Positions 51,729 to 62,724 of a DNA stretch of 64,000 bases are shown one piece after another. The stretch lies in assembly GCA_020348925.1 (NCBI GenBank), contig CP070758.1, forward strand, positions 3,859,688 through 3,923,687. The letters run 5' to 3'. Positions within the stretch are counted from its first letter, which is position 1, and each line of letters begins with the position of its first letter. The translations under genes and the position numbers were made by a program. This DNA is from Gemmatimonadota bacterium (lineage in GTDB: Bacteria; JBHIER01; G020348925). Below the pieces are notes generated by a model. The model ran no database searches, was not told the origin of the DNA, and saw only the letters and a list, made by a program, of their open reading frames with translations.

Positions 51729-54700
51729 ATGTGGGTAGCAAAATTCTCGGTAAGAAATCCGGTTCTTGTCAATATACTCATGATTTTCGTCATCGTCATC
51801 GGAGCATATTCGCTTCTGACTATTCCCCATGAGATCATGCCGAACGTTGATTTTAACTGGGTTTTCATCATTACCAACTATTTTGGCGCTGGCCCCGAAG
51901 AGATTGAAAAATTGATCACCATACCCATCGAAGATGAAATTGCCGATGTGGATGATATCGAATCCATCACCTCGGAATCGAGTGAGGATGCATCATTCAT
52001 CAGTGTGAAATTTAAAAATATCAGCGCGGAAAAATTCTTTCGCCGCCTCCAGGATCTGAAGTCTGAAGTGGACCAGGTCGATTTACCGGAAGATGCCGAG
52101 ACTCCCTTCGTGTGGGATTTTGACTCGTCGGATTTTATGCCCATGATCAGTGTTGTGCTTCACGGAGAACGCCCTGAACGGGAAATGAAGAAGATAGCCG
52201 ATGCCTTGCGCGATGATATTTTGGATATTAAGAATGTGGCCAAAGTTGAATTGGGAGGCGTTCGTGACAGGGAGATCTGGGTCGAAATTGATCCGAATCG
52301 ACTCAACGGATATCACATAGCCCTGTCCCAGGTCATCGATGCCCTCAACGCAAAAAATCTGAACCTCACTGGCGGTAAGGTCAAAATAGGACGCTCGGAG
52401 TATGTCATCCGAACAAAAGGTGAATTCGATGCTGCGGCAGAGGTTGAAAATGTTATCATTCGATCCAACAGCCAAGGCGGTCAGATCAAGATCAAGGATA
52501 TCGCCAAGGTGTCGGACACCTTTGAGGAAGCTGACGTTATATCTCGCCTCAATGGGGAGCCGGCCGTGACACTCTCAGTATCCAAAAGAAGTCAGGGAAG
52601 CTCCATACGTATCATAGACAAGATTAAAGAGATCGTCGAGGAATACCGGACCACGCTTCCGGACGATGTGGAAATCACCTTAACCGGCGACACGTCAAAC
52701 GACATTCGAGACATTCTTCATAAGCTCGAAATGAACGCATGGATGGGAATGATATTGGTTGTCGCTATTCTCTATCTCTTCCTGGGCTGGCGCAATGCCC
52801 TCATTGTGGCCATCGGAATTCCCGTGACCTTCATGTTCACCTTTGCCTTTATGAGATTCACCGGGCGATCGTTAAACGGGAATTCGCTCTTCGGTCTTGT
52901 TATGGTCTTGGGAATCATTGTCGACGACGCAATCATTATCATCGAAAACTGTTACCGGTACATGCAGCGAGGGCTCCCTCCGATCAAAGCGGCCGTCGTC
53001 GGCACGAAAGAGGTCACCTTTCCCGTGTTGGCCACGATCTTGACGACCATTGCCGCCTTTCTGCCACTCATGCTTCTCCCAGGTATCGTCGGTAAGTTCA
53101 TGCGTATCGTTCCCATCATTGTCTCTCTGGCCCTGGTCGCCTCGCTCTTCGAGGCCCTCATTGTGCTCCCCTCCCACTTTGCCGACTGGAGCCGCATGCC
53201 CAAGAACACAAGAAATAATCACAGCCACATTCGGTTTACACGAATACGGCAAATCTACAGTCGTCTTCTGACGAAGATGCTCAGACGCCGCTACTGGGCA
53301 GTGGGTGGTATTGTCCTTGTCTTTCTGCTCAGTGTAGGGCTCATTCCCTTTGTCGGCGTCGAGATGTTTGCCGGTGAGGAAATACCCCATTTTTTCATAT
53401 GGATTACGGCCCCTGAAGGGACGAGCCTGGAAGCAATGGACAAACTTGTCCTCCAAGTTGAAAACCAAGCTCGGGCTCTGCCCCCCAGTGAGGTGAAAAA
53501 CGTGATCTCCAACACAGGCCTCATGCAGACAGAGACCGACTGGCATTTCAGACCATCCGTGGGCCAACTCATTATCGTGCTTGAGGACGAAAAGAAAAGG
53601 GATCGAAGCCTCGACGAAATCATCGCGGACCTGCGTGAAAGGACCGGGAACATCAGCGGTCTCACGAGCATCGAATTTTGGAAAATAAACACCGGTCCGC
53701 CTGTAGGGAAACCGGTGGAGGTGAAAGTGAAGGGCAAATATCTGGATGAGCTTGTGGAGGTTTCCGAAATCGTCAAAGAGGAGCTGAGACGCATGGAGGG
53801 TGTGTACGATATACGGGACGACTTTGTTGAAGGGAAAAAGGAGCTGCACATAGAGGTGGACGAACACAAAGCCGCTCTCTACAATCTCTCGACTTCACAG
53901 ATCGCTGTGGCTGTACGGTATGCCTTCGAAGGCGAAACGGCCACGATCCTGCGGGACGGAGACGAAGAGGTGGAGGTGGTCGTGAAATTCCAGGAGTCCT
54001 CGCAGAAACAGATCGATGACATTGAGAACATGATGATCCTGAGCCCCGCGGGACCCCTCGTTCCCTTCAGAGATGTGGCCAGCATCCGCGTTGAGACCGG
54101 GTTCGCCTCTGTGAGGCGGTTCGATCGGGATCGCGCCATCACCATCTCGGCTGATATCGATAATAAGGTAACAAGCTCCGTGGAGGCGAACCGTGCCCTC
54201 ATTGAGACATTTAAAGATATCAGTGACCGGTATCCGGGATACAGACTCGATTTCGGCGGAGAGTTTCAGGAATTTAAGGAAGCGTTTACAAACATTGGTA
54301 TCCTCTTTCTCATCGGTATCATTCTCATTTACATGATACTGGGAGGTCAGTTCAGATCCTTCGGACAACCTCTCATCATTCTCGTTGCCGTTCCCTTTGC
54401 CTTTATCGGCGCCATGATCTCCCTCATTGCAGGGGGGTATCCCATCAGTATTACAGTCTTATATGGGGTCGTGGCCTTGGCCGGCGTGGCTGTCAATGAT
54501 GCCCTCGTCCTTATCACATTCATCAACAACGCCCGCGAGCAGGGGCTCAGTCGCTGGAAATCGATCAAACTGGCCGGTGTGACGAGAATGCGACCCGTCC
54601 TGCTGACTTCCATAACGACTGTCTGTGGACTTTTACCTATGGCTATTGGCCTGGGAGGAAAATCGGCCGACTGGGCACCATTGGCCAATACGATCGTCTG

Positions 54701-54851
54701 GGGTTTGGCTTTTGCAACGATTCTTACACTCTTCTTTATTCCGGCGTTCTACGCAATCGTGGATGACATTCTGGCCTGGAGAAAGAAGGACAAGGACAAG
54801 GTCTACCGTGCCCGCTACTACCGCGCGCAGGAGTTGAAGGATAAAGAGTAA
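51729..54851 (+). CDS. RND efflux permease (AcrB/AcrD/AcrF family)
   Basis: 1040 aa; GIIVDDAIIIIEN, TTIAAFLP, GVAVNDALV and RMRPVLLTSITT motifs. Confidence 0.95.
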   Translation: MWVAKFSVRNPVLVNILMIFVIVIGAYSLLTIPHEIMPNVDFNWVFIITNYFGAGPEEIEKLITIPIEDEIADVDDIESITSESSEDASFISVKFKNISAEKFFRRLQDLKSEVDQVDLPEDAETPFVWDFDSSDFMPMISVVLHGERPEREMKKIADALRDDILDIKNVAKVELGGVRDREIWVEIDPNRLNGYHIALSQVIDALNAKNLNLTGGKVKIGRSEYVIRTKGEFDAAAEVENVIIRSNSQGGQIKIKDIAKVSDTFEEADVISRLNGEPAVTLSVSKRSQGSSIRIIDKIKEIVEEYRTTLPDDVEITLTGDTSNDIRDILHKLEMNAWMGMILVVAILYLFLGWRNALIVAIGIPVTFMFTFAFMRFTGRSLNGNSLFGLVMVLGIIVDDAIIIIENCYRYMQRGLPPIKAAVVGTKEVTFPVLATILTTIAAFLPLMLLPGIVGKFMRIVPIIVSLALVASLFEALIVLPSHFADWSRMPKNTRNNHSHIRFTRIRQIYSRLLTKMLRRRYWAVGGIVLVFLLSVGLIPFVGVEMFAGEEIPHFFIWITAPEGTSLEAMDKLVLQVENQARALPPSEVKNVISNTGLMQTETDWHFRPSVGQLIIVLEDEKKRDRSLDEIIADLRERTGNISGLTSIEFWKINTGPPVGKPVEVKVKGKYLDELVEVSEIVKEELRRMEGVYDIRDDFVEGKKELHIEVDEHKAALYNLSTSQIAVAVRYAFEGETATILRDGDEEVEVVVKFQESSQKQIDDIENMMILSPAGPLVPFRDVASIRVETGFASVRRFDRDRAITISADIDNKVTSSVEANRALIETFKDISDRYPGYRLDFGGEFQEFKEAFTNIGILFLIGIILIYMILGGQFRSFGQPLIILVAVPFAFIGAMISLIAGGYPISITVLYGVVALAGVAVNDALVLITFINNAREQGLSRWKSIKLAGVTRMRPVLLTSITTVCGLLPMAIGLGGKSADWAPLANTIVWGLAFATILTLFFIPAFYAIVDDILAWRKKDKDKVYRARYYRAQELKDKE

Positions 54852-54868
54852 GACTTCATGCCATGAAT

Positions 54869-54902
54869 AAAAAATCCCGAAGCTCAAACCTCCGGGATTT
54901 TT
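54869..54902. terminator. intrinsic terminator after RND operon
   Basis: AAAAAATCCCG...CGGGATTTTT inverted repeat. Confidence 0.75.
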
Positions 54903-55202
54903 CCGTTCGAATGACAATAAATACTCCCCTCTGTCAATCCCACTTTCACCGAAGGGAATATACACCGTCAGGGTACATGTTCACTTTTCGAACAAGGCAA
55001 GTTGCGTTTATTCAATAAAATGCTGAGTATCAATGGAAGTCATTACTTTCACTTTACGCAAAGGACCGTATGTTGTAACCAAGATTGACAGAATTCACGA
55101 AAAGACCTTTATCCGATACCCAACGGACTACTCCGTTACGAGCTCTAGCGAGGCAACTGCTGCAGCGTGGTTGGATGTTCTTGTGCTGCGCCGCATTCAG
55201 AC

Positions 55203-55589
55203 TCATTCGAGCTTAGCCCCTCTTTCCGCCAATAACTCGCGCAGTATGGACCTGTGACAGCCCGCCTCGTTCTCGCAATAACAGCCCACAGAGAAGTCTG
55301 CGGAGTGAGACAGCGCGGCAAGCAGATCAAGAATCTTGCTCTTTTCAGGATCGGCCATCTCGGCGCGATATTTCCTAACAAATGCAGCCCAGTCTTTCTC
55401 GGATTCAGCAACCCGCCCCAGTTTCATGAGTTCAGAGGTTGGTGCTACGTTTGGGAGCCACACGTCATACCAATTTTGCGATGCGTATTCGTGCTTGGGT
55501 ACGGCACGTGGTGGACGCCTCACCGTTCCGATGCGCAGTCCTTCTCCCTTAGACCTATCAGTGCCGAGACGCACAATTCGGATTGCCAT
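55203..55589 (-). CDS. DUF488 family protein
   Basis: RIGTVRRPPRAV, WLPNVAPT, FVRKYRAEM and GCYCENEAGCHRSIL; GGAGG before ATG 55589. Confidence 0.88.
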   Translation of the reverse strand: MAIRIVRLGTDRSKGEGLRIGTVRRPPRAVPKHEYASQNWYDVWLPNVAPTSELMKLGRVAESEKDWAAFVRKYRAEMADPEKSKILDLLAALSHSADFSVGCYCENEAGCHRSILRELLAERGAKLE

Positions 55590-55913
55590 GATATGCCTCC
55601 CCTCTGGCTGGAGATTTGACGTGCAACGCCCAACAGTAAGGATTTTATCCTTAGTTGAGCCGGAATACTGTATGAGAAGCTGACTGGAAGCAAGAGTCTT
55701 AAGATTGCATCCAATCTCTTTTACAATCACACTCAATTACAGTTAAAATCATGTCGAACGAAGGTGCGGACTCTACAATGCTCTGGGCATTGAATCCGTC
55801 GGCTTCGCTTCATAATATAGACTATTTCCCTAAAAAATGACACTCCTTTTATTCATCCTGAACCGGACACTGATTGGAGACCGTGTCCAATACGTTCTTA
55901 TCAGCTCCTTTCG

Positions 55914-56013
55914 NNNNNNNNNNNNNNNNNNNNNNNNNNNNNNNNNNNNNNNNNNNNNNNNNNNNNNNNNNNNNNNNNNNNNNNNNNNNNNNNNNNNNNN
56001 NNNNNNNNNNNNN
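55914..56013. other. assembly gap (100 N)
   Basis: Run of Ns; frames crossing it are unreliable. Confidence 1.
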
Positions 56014-59000
56014 GTTGAACGGGTTCGGATAGTTCTGCGACAGACTGTACTCCGTCGGCAGCGGCACCACCTTGACCACAGAGGTCATGAGTGCGCCCTC
56101 GTCGGCCCGAGCCGTGATCTCAAGCTCCGTCGGCACGACGCGCTCGAAGGTCACAGTGACCACGCCCAGATCGGTCTCGCTGGCGCCGGCCAGACGGATC
56201 GTCCTGCCGTCAGCCGCCCACTCGACCAGACCGGTGGCCGTCACGTCGGCCACCTTCAGCTCGGCCCCGGAGGCGATCACCATGTCGACAGCGCTGGTCT
56301 TGCTCAGATCCATCGTCAGGACGTTGCCCACGACCCTGGCGTCAAGATCGCCGGCCACAACCTTGGCCGGACCCGGGTAGTTCTGGCTCACATCACCGGT
56401 GATGACCGCTTCCCAGCACAGTAAGAACCCTGAAGTGAGATCGCTGAAGCACATGCACTCAGGTTCATACGGACCTGCGTAAAGACAACCGAGGTCGCCC
56501 TCGAAGATCCAGTCCCCGATGAAGTGCGCCGGAATGAGATCGTTGCCCACGTAGCCGGTCACCACCCACTTCAGGATGACCGAGGCGTCGAAGGCCCCGA
56601 TGGTCCCGTCACCGGTCACATCGGCGGCCAGCGAGTCGTTGTGGCTCAGGGTCATGGCACCGCACAGCATGCGCAGGATCATGGTCGCGTCGAAAGAGGT
56701 CACGATCTGATCCTGGACCGTCAGGGTGTTGTCCATCTCAGGCCAGATGCAGAACGAGGCGCAGCCGGGAAACGGCTTTACACCATACATTCCAAAATCA
56801 TCCGTGACATCCGCCAGCGCCCCCTCGTAACAGGCATCGCCCTGGAAGATGTTCACACCCTCAACCGGCAAGTAAGTATCGCTGTAGTAGACCCAACCGG
56901 CGCTCTCGAAGTCTTGCACGTGCAGCCACTGCTTCGGAACCCAGCAGCTGTTCATACCCGGTTCAAGCGTGATTTCCTCGTTCACCACGAGATTATCGAC
57001 GCTCAGCTCGTAGTAGGTGCAGGTCACGGCATCGTCCGGAATCTTGAAGCCGACGTAGAACATCTGGTACCAGTGGTTGTCGATGTTGGTCGGATGACCC
57101 GGGCCGAAGCAGGCCGTGATCTCGTCGACCAGGTTGTAGTTGAAGGCCATGGTGACGTAGATCTTGCCGGCCACATCGTCGATGTTGTACGTCAGCACCC
57201 CGATGTCCTCGGTCACGAGCCCCTCGTTGCCCACCTCGAACACCTCCAGGGTCGGATCGTAGTCCACCTCAAAGTAGAGGGAATAGATCGCCACGTACGG
57301 CGGTGCATAATCGAAGTGGATGTCCACCGGGATCTCGAACTTGCCGCAGGCCCACACGTCCTGGTCTATGACGTTGTCCGTGCTGTCGTAGGGGACCTGC
57401 ACGAACCCCGGATGTAACCCGGGATAATCGATGAGACCGATGTCCGTCACACACGACTTCGGCGGCCAGTTGCCCCAGGCCGCGGCGATGTCGCAGTTCT
57501 GGACGATGAAATCGACTCTCAGGGTATCGTACAAGGGCTGCCCTGTCTCAAAGGTGGACATGACGACGAAGTCCACAGTCACCGAGTCGCAGTCGTCGCC
57601 CTTGGTGGGGTGCCACTGGAAGTCCCACTCGCCGTTGGCCCTGACCGAGTCAGCCCAGGCCACCGGGCTCAGCCAGTTTGGCGGTTCGGCGCAGCCGCCG
57701 GGCAGATAGACCTCCTCGACCCAGACGCGGAGAGAATCGCCGTCCGGATCGTGTGCGTCCAGAGTGAAACTGTACGTGTGGCTCTCACTCAAGTGCACCT
57801 TGATGGAATCGAAGGGCACGTTCACAGCCTCGCCGTTCCAGGTGAGGTACGGCGGACGGTTGACGATAAAATCCCCTCCCCTCGTCTCAACACACGGCCA
57901 GCCCTCGTTGATGATGACCTCGCAGAACTGAAAAGGCGAACGCTCACCAGGGGCGGCATAGCCATTGACGAGAAATTGTAGCGTGACCAGACAGCTGTCA
58001 CACACGACCCCGCTGTTGGCTTCACCCCCTCCGATCAGCCACATCTGGACCAGGCTGCGATCCCCGTCTGGATGTTTCCACTTCAGATCCCAGCCTGATG
58101 AATCGAGACAGGTATTTTCAAACGTGATCGTGGAGTCGAAGAATATGACCGTCGTATCGATCTGAAGGCAGAAACTGAAGGAATTGACGTACTCGTCAGC
58201 GAGAGCGTGTGGGCCTTCTTCTGAGGCACAGATGCAAATCTGAAAGACTGAATTCGGCTTGGCGATGGTCGTTTCAGGACAGATGTCTATTTCAATGATC
58301 GGGCATTTCAGGGTGGTCCCTGTTATTGTCGGATCCGGATTACAGGGATCTGGGACGGCACTGTCGTCCGTGAGTATTGATGGCAAGAAGTCGCTCGTGA
58401 CGAGGCCCTGGTTGAATATATGCGTGATATCCGGCGCGATCGGATCGTTTATGCCTGCGAGAAATGTGATGATCACCGTCTCTCCCTCTAAAATCGTTCC
58501 GACATCTACAGCGACCACATCGTCGCTCGAGATATTTCCGGCTGTGACGATCCCCTGTGTCGTCGTCACACTGCCGTCAACCAGAGTCATGGAGACATCG
58601 AGCGTATCGTGGAAGACGACACCACTGTGCGGGCCAGCTCCGGTGTTGATAATTGTCACCGTATACAGAATATCATCTCCGGCACTGAACGTGCCGTCTC
58701 CGTCCCAGTCATTGACGAGGAGATCTGTCTTCGACGCTGAGAGCGGAATACCGGAAAAAACGAAGGTGGTCCAGAAATCATCCGGGACGGGCGTGCCGTT
58801 TTCACTTTCGGCTCCCTCAACGGAGACCGTATCCCCGGTTTCACCACAGCACCCGGGGAGAGATTCATAGACCACGTACACCGTGTCAAAGGCCCCGACA
58901 TCCAGTGTCCCGATAGTGTTCCACGTGATGAGGCCCGGTTCAGTATAATCGGCTGGAGGCTCGGCGGAGACAAAACTGAGACACGATGGATCGTAACGAT

Positions 59001-60729
59001 CGTACAGAGGCAGTAGTGACACGGGAGAAGCACTTGTGTTTTCAACAATAATCCGGAACGTCACCTCCTCCCCCCATGAAGCGACTCCGCCAACAGGGGA
59101 GCTTACTTCCTTGAACACATGGACTCCCGGTTCGTCAATATCGACGAAAGCCGTGTCCTGCTTATCCGGAAGCGTGCAGCCGTACTCGTCCTCGGCTCCA
59201 CTGACAGCGGCGGTGTCAATAATCGAGCAGCCGCAGAGACAGCCATCAGTTGCCGAAAAATTGAGCGTTATTTTTTTCGAGTCCCCATTAGGCAACGGCC
59301 CGAGATTTGTCCAAGTGAGCGAGCCAGCCGCCTGGCCGTCAGGTGTTGGCACCGCGGAATCGAAGTCGAGACACACCGGATCATACGTATCCGCAAGCGG
59401 GAGGAGAGAGATCTCGGTCGGACCTGTGTTCGCGATATCGATCTCAAAGACGACAGGATCCCCAGGGAGAACGGTTTCGGGAGAGATCCGGGTTTTGGTC
59501 AGTCTGAATTCCGATGGTGATATATTCACCTGCGCTGTGCTCGTCACAACCGGCAGGATCGAGCCGAATTCATCCTCGGCGTAGGTGACGACGGCCGTGT
59601 CGGCGGAGGTTCCACAAGCGGCTTTGGCTGTGAAACGGACTGCAACCGTTGTACTGGCACCCTGCAACAGAGGCCCAATATCATTCCACACAATTGCTCC
59701 AGCCAAGAGGCTTGTCTGTAACGGATCGGCTTCGACAAAAGTGAGACAGTCGGGATCGTATCTATCCATCAGCACCACGGAATCCAGATCTGTCTGACCT
59801 CCGTTGGAAATCACTATTTCGAAGGTGACCGAATCCCCCACCCCTGCACACGCTTCGGTCGGGATGGTGCGGGTTTTCTCAACTACCAATCGCGGCACGA
59901 AGACCGAATCAAAGGGCACGTCCTCTATCCCATCCTTGGACGGTGAGTTATGTGCCGTGTACGGCCAAACCAAAATCGAATTGCCTCCGCAGCCACTCAC
60001 GTCGATGCTCATTTCGTACACTATCGACCACTCCCAGCGCCATGTGCTGTCGAAGTAAGGGTAATTGTTGTCATGCACATCTTCGTTCGTCCCGGGTTTG
60101 CCATAGGTGCTGTCAGGAGATTTCCATTCGGCGTATGGCCGAATGCCACCACCCGTAACATCCCAGAGGGTATTGTTCATATTCCATTGTATCGAGCTGG
60201 CGCTGGAAATGAGTCCCCCTGGCGGTGTGCCTGCGGCGTCGCATCCGGGTCCGGAGCAATATGGATCCGAGACCCAATCGGCTTCCGCCGGATCAAGATT
60301 TTTGTTGGGGTCGTAGATGTAATCCTGGGACCACGTCCAACTGCTGTCCCCGCAGGTCAGGGTGATCCCGAGATGATCGGAAGCGATGAGATCATTCGCA
60401 TTGTGGCCGGGACCGGGAAGCCAGCATTCAGCGTTCCAGCAGGCACTCTCCAGATACGTATCATCGACATCATTCTTCTTGATGCCGAATACATTATCGT
60501 TGACACTGGGACTGAGGACCACGGCCAGGTAGAGTATATTGCCTGAAAGATTGTAATACAGGGTTCCGCGCCCGGGATTTTCAGCCAGAAAATAGTAGTT
60601 ATTGACATCGCCGTCGCCGTAAAAGAGACCGTTCACCGTCGGCGTCGTCTGGGCAAAACTCAGCGTGGCGATCACAGCGATCGCACACACGGTGGTCACA
60701 GCAACGGATCCCTTCATCCCTCTTCGCAT
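56014..60729 (-). CDS. large secreted protein: 4 DUF11-like repeats, cohesin-like domains, dockerin-like domain, FlgD/T9SS-type C-terminal sorting domain (truncated by gap)
   Basis: Signal peptide after AAGGAGG; repeated K...GD.V.F.I.I.N.G...D.YDP units; SFSFCLQIDT and SLYFEVDYDP cohesin-like; VTSFDATMILR...ADVTGDGTIGAFDASVILK dockerin-like; PTEYSLSQNYPNPFN. Confidence 0.85.
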
Positions 60730-60974
60730 GGAATCCTCCTTGTCATGTCGTCCACCATAGGACAAAACGATGTTTCAAAAACCGTCCGCTATTGATTATT
60801 GAAGACTCTGTATTTATGTGATTACGGATCATATACCTGCGGCTCGAGTTGTTGATGAGTGGTCCCATCTCTTTTTCAGGAGAAGAGCGAAATAAATTTT
60901 TCTTTTCTTGTCGAGTTTTGTTATGCCAAGATAGGGTTCACCTCTCAGCCACACCTGCCCCTCAACACGAAAGT

Positions 60975-61003
60975 AAAATAGAACAGTGAAAACTCTTTGT
61001 CAA
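60975..61003 (-). promoter_or_regulatory. possible promoter for the large secreted protein
   Basis: TTGACA-17 nt-TATTTT. Confidence 0.45.
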
Positions 61004-61444
61004 GTTTTTTTTTGACAATTCTATTGACCTGGATAATGCGGATAAAAATAGAACTATCATTCCTTTGCACGCAGAGCCTGCCCCGTATTTATTGCGGGGA
61101 ATCTCCTCGATGTGCACAACAGACTCTCAATGGAGGTGATTCCGGGATGCACCCGGAAAGACACAGCTCAGAATCGTGGACAGTGCCGTGGAATACTGTT
61201 CAAAACCAGTATTCTTTTTCACTCTATAAAATGTACCCATTACCTCCATTTCTGTTGATTTTCTGAATAATCCAGGTTGCAGAGCATATCTCCGGAAAGC
61301 CCCCGAAATTTCTCCCAAGGTGTACAAAGGAACCGGCTGCTTTTCGTGAAACAGGAATAGAAGGGGATGGATGCTTTTCTCGAAACAGGAAACAAAACGA
61401 GGGATAACAAGGAGTATTGAGCTTCATCCCGTGGTAAATATCGC

Positions 61445-61481
61445 GTGGGATCTGAGAGGGAAAGGGCCTCTCAGATCCCAC
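61445..61481. repeat. perfect 15-bp inverted repeat
   Basis: GTGGGATCTGAGAGG-GAAAGGG-CCTCTCAGATCCCAC. Confidence 0.85.
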
Positions 61482-61691
61482 TCTCTCCAAGGCTCCGGAT
61501 ACCTGTCAACGCTATATAGTGCAAAACCTTGACTTTGTTACGAGAAGCCTCTTGTTGCATAGGATCCGAACCGTGAGGATTTCCTGAGTCGAACGGGGCT
61601 CTCCAGTGCATCGCATGCTGATCGGAACATATAACAATTTCAATTTCAATAAGTTAAAGGACTTCACTCTCACCTGAGCATAAAAAAGTCC

Positions 61692-61719
61692 TTGCATCAT
61701 GACAAATTTTTGATATATT
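61692..61719 (+). promoter_or_regulatory. rpsU promoter
   Basis: TTGCAT-16 nt-TATATT with extended -10 TGn. Confidence 0.55.
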
Positions 61720-61759
61720 TTCAAATGAAATTAACTATAGTAAGGGGGTGTTGCGATAG

Positions 61760-61960
61760 ATGCCGGGTGTTCATATACGGGAAAACGAATCTTTCGAGAA
61801 AGCCCTGCGCAGATTTAACAAGACATGTATGAAAGAAGGGATTCTCTCCGAGATTCGGAAACGACAGCATTTTGAAAAACCGAGTGAGCGTAGAAAGAGA
61901 AAGATCAATTCGGCGAAGAGAAAGCTTTTAAAAAGAGATTTTGTTCAGAGAAATAGGTAA
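61760..61960 (+). CDS. rpsU: 30S ribosomal protein S21
   Basis: [12 protein letters not shown]...[12 protein letters not shown]. Confidence 0.96.
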   Translation: MPGVHIRENESFEKALRRFNKTCMKEGILSEIRKRQHFEKPSERRKRKINSAKRKLLKRDFVQRNR

Positions 61961-62121
61961 GAGACTTGAAGGTTCCGAGAGCACGGAGAACGATCCTCCT
62001 TGTTAGGATTGGTGGACGGTGAATCGTTCAGGGCTCACGGAGTGAGGGGGTGGAAGAGCAACAGAAGATATGAGAAAGGAGCGCATCACCAAGATCGTGA
62101 AACCGGTAAGGAGAATTCTCA

Positions 62122-62724
62122 GTGAACCTTTTGGACTTAGCAATCTTAGTGTTTTTGGGCTTTTTTCTCTACACAGGCCGCAAAAAGGGGCTCATCCGTG
62201 AGACCTTCGGTCTCATAGCTGTTCTGGGGGCACTCATTCTCGCCGTTGTCTATATGGACACCGGCGTTTTGCTTCTCATTGATTTGGCTGATGTGCCTTT
62301 GGCCGTGGCTCTCGCTATCAGTTTTCTGCTTATTTTTATAGTTGTTTTTATAACCATACGGATAATTGGTGCCGTCCTTTCAAAGCTTATTCGATTGACC
62401 CTCCTGGGATGGTTGGACCGCTTAGGGGGGTTGTTTTTTGGATTCGTAAAGGGACTTCTCTTTGCCAGCCTCATCCTGCTGGGATTAACGCTTCTTTCCT
62501 GGCCCCGTAATATCGAGTCGTATATCGATTATTCCACCTTAGGGCCTTCCGTTCAGACGGTTGCGCCCCGAATGTTTAACCGCGTGAAGTTCCTCACCCC
62601 GGCGGCAAAGTCCATTTATCAGGAGTTTCTTGAAAGTTTGAGTGACAGCGGGACCGTCAACCCCGGAGAGCTGAAAGAAAAAGCATTGAAAAGGATTCTG
62701 GGTATCCTCGAAGGGGCTGGGTAG
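62122..62724 (+). CDS. cvpA: CvpA (colicin V production) family protein
   Basis: MNLLDLAI...GRKKGLIRE...LGWLDRLGGLFFGFVKG. Confidence 0.9.
   Translation: MNLLDLAILVFLGFFLYTGRKKGLIRETFGLIAVLGALILAVVYMDTGVLLLIDLADVPLAVALAISFLLIFIVVFITIRIIGAVLSKLIRLTLLGWLDRLGGLFFGFVKGLLFASLILLGLTLLSWPRNIESYIDYSTLGPSVQTVAPRMFNRVKFLTPAAKSIYQEFLESLSDSGTVNPGELKEKALKRILGILEGAG

Noticed and set aside
55849-55913. C-terminus of the 1638-aa track ORF beyond the N gap
   Set aside because: Gap length is a placeholder, so frame continuity across it is artificial.
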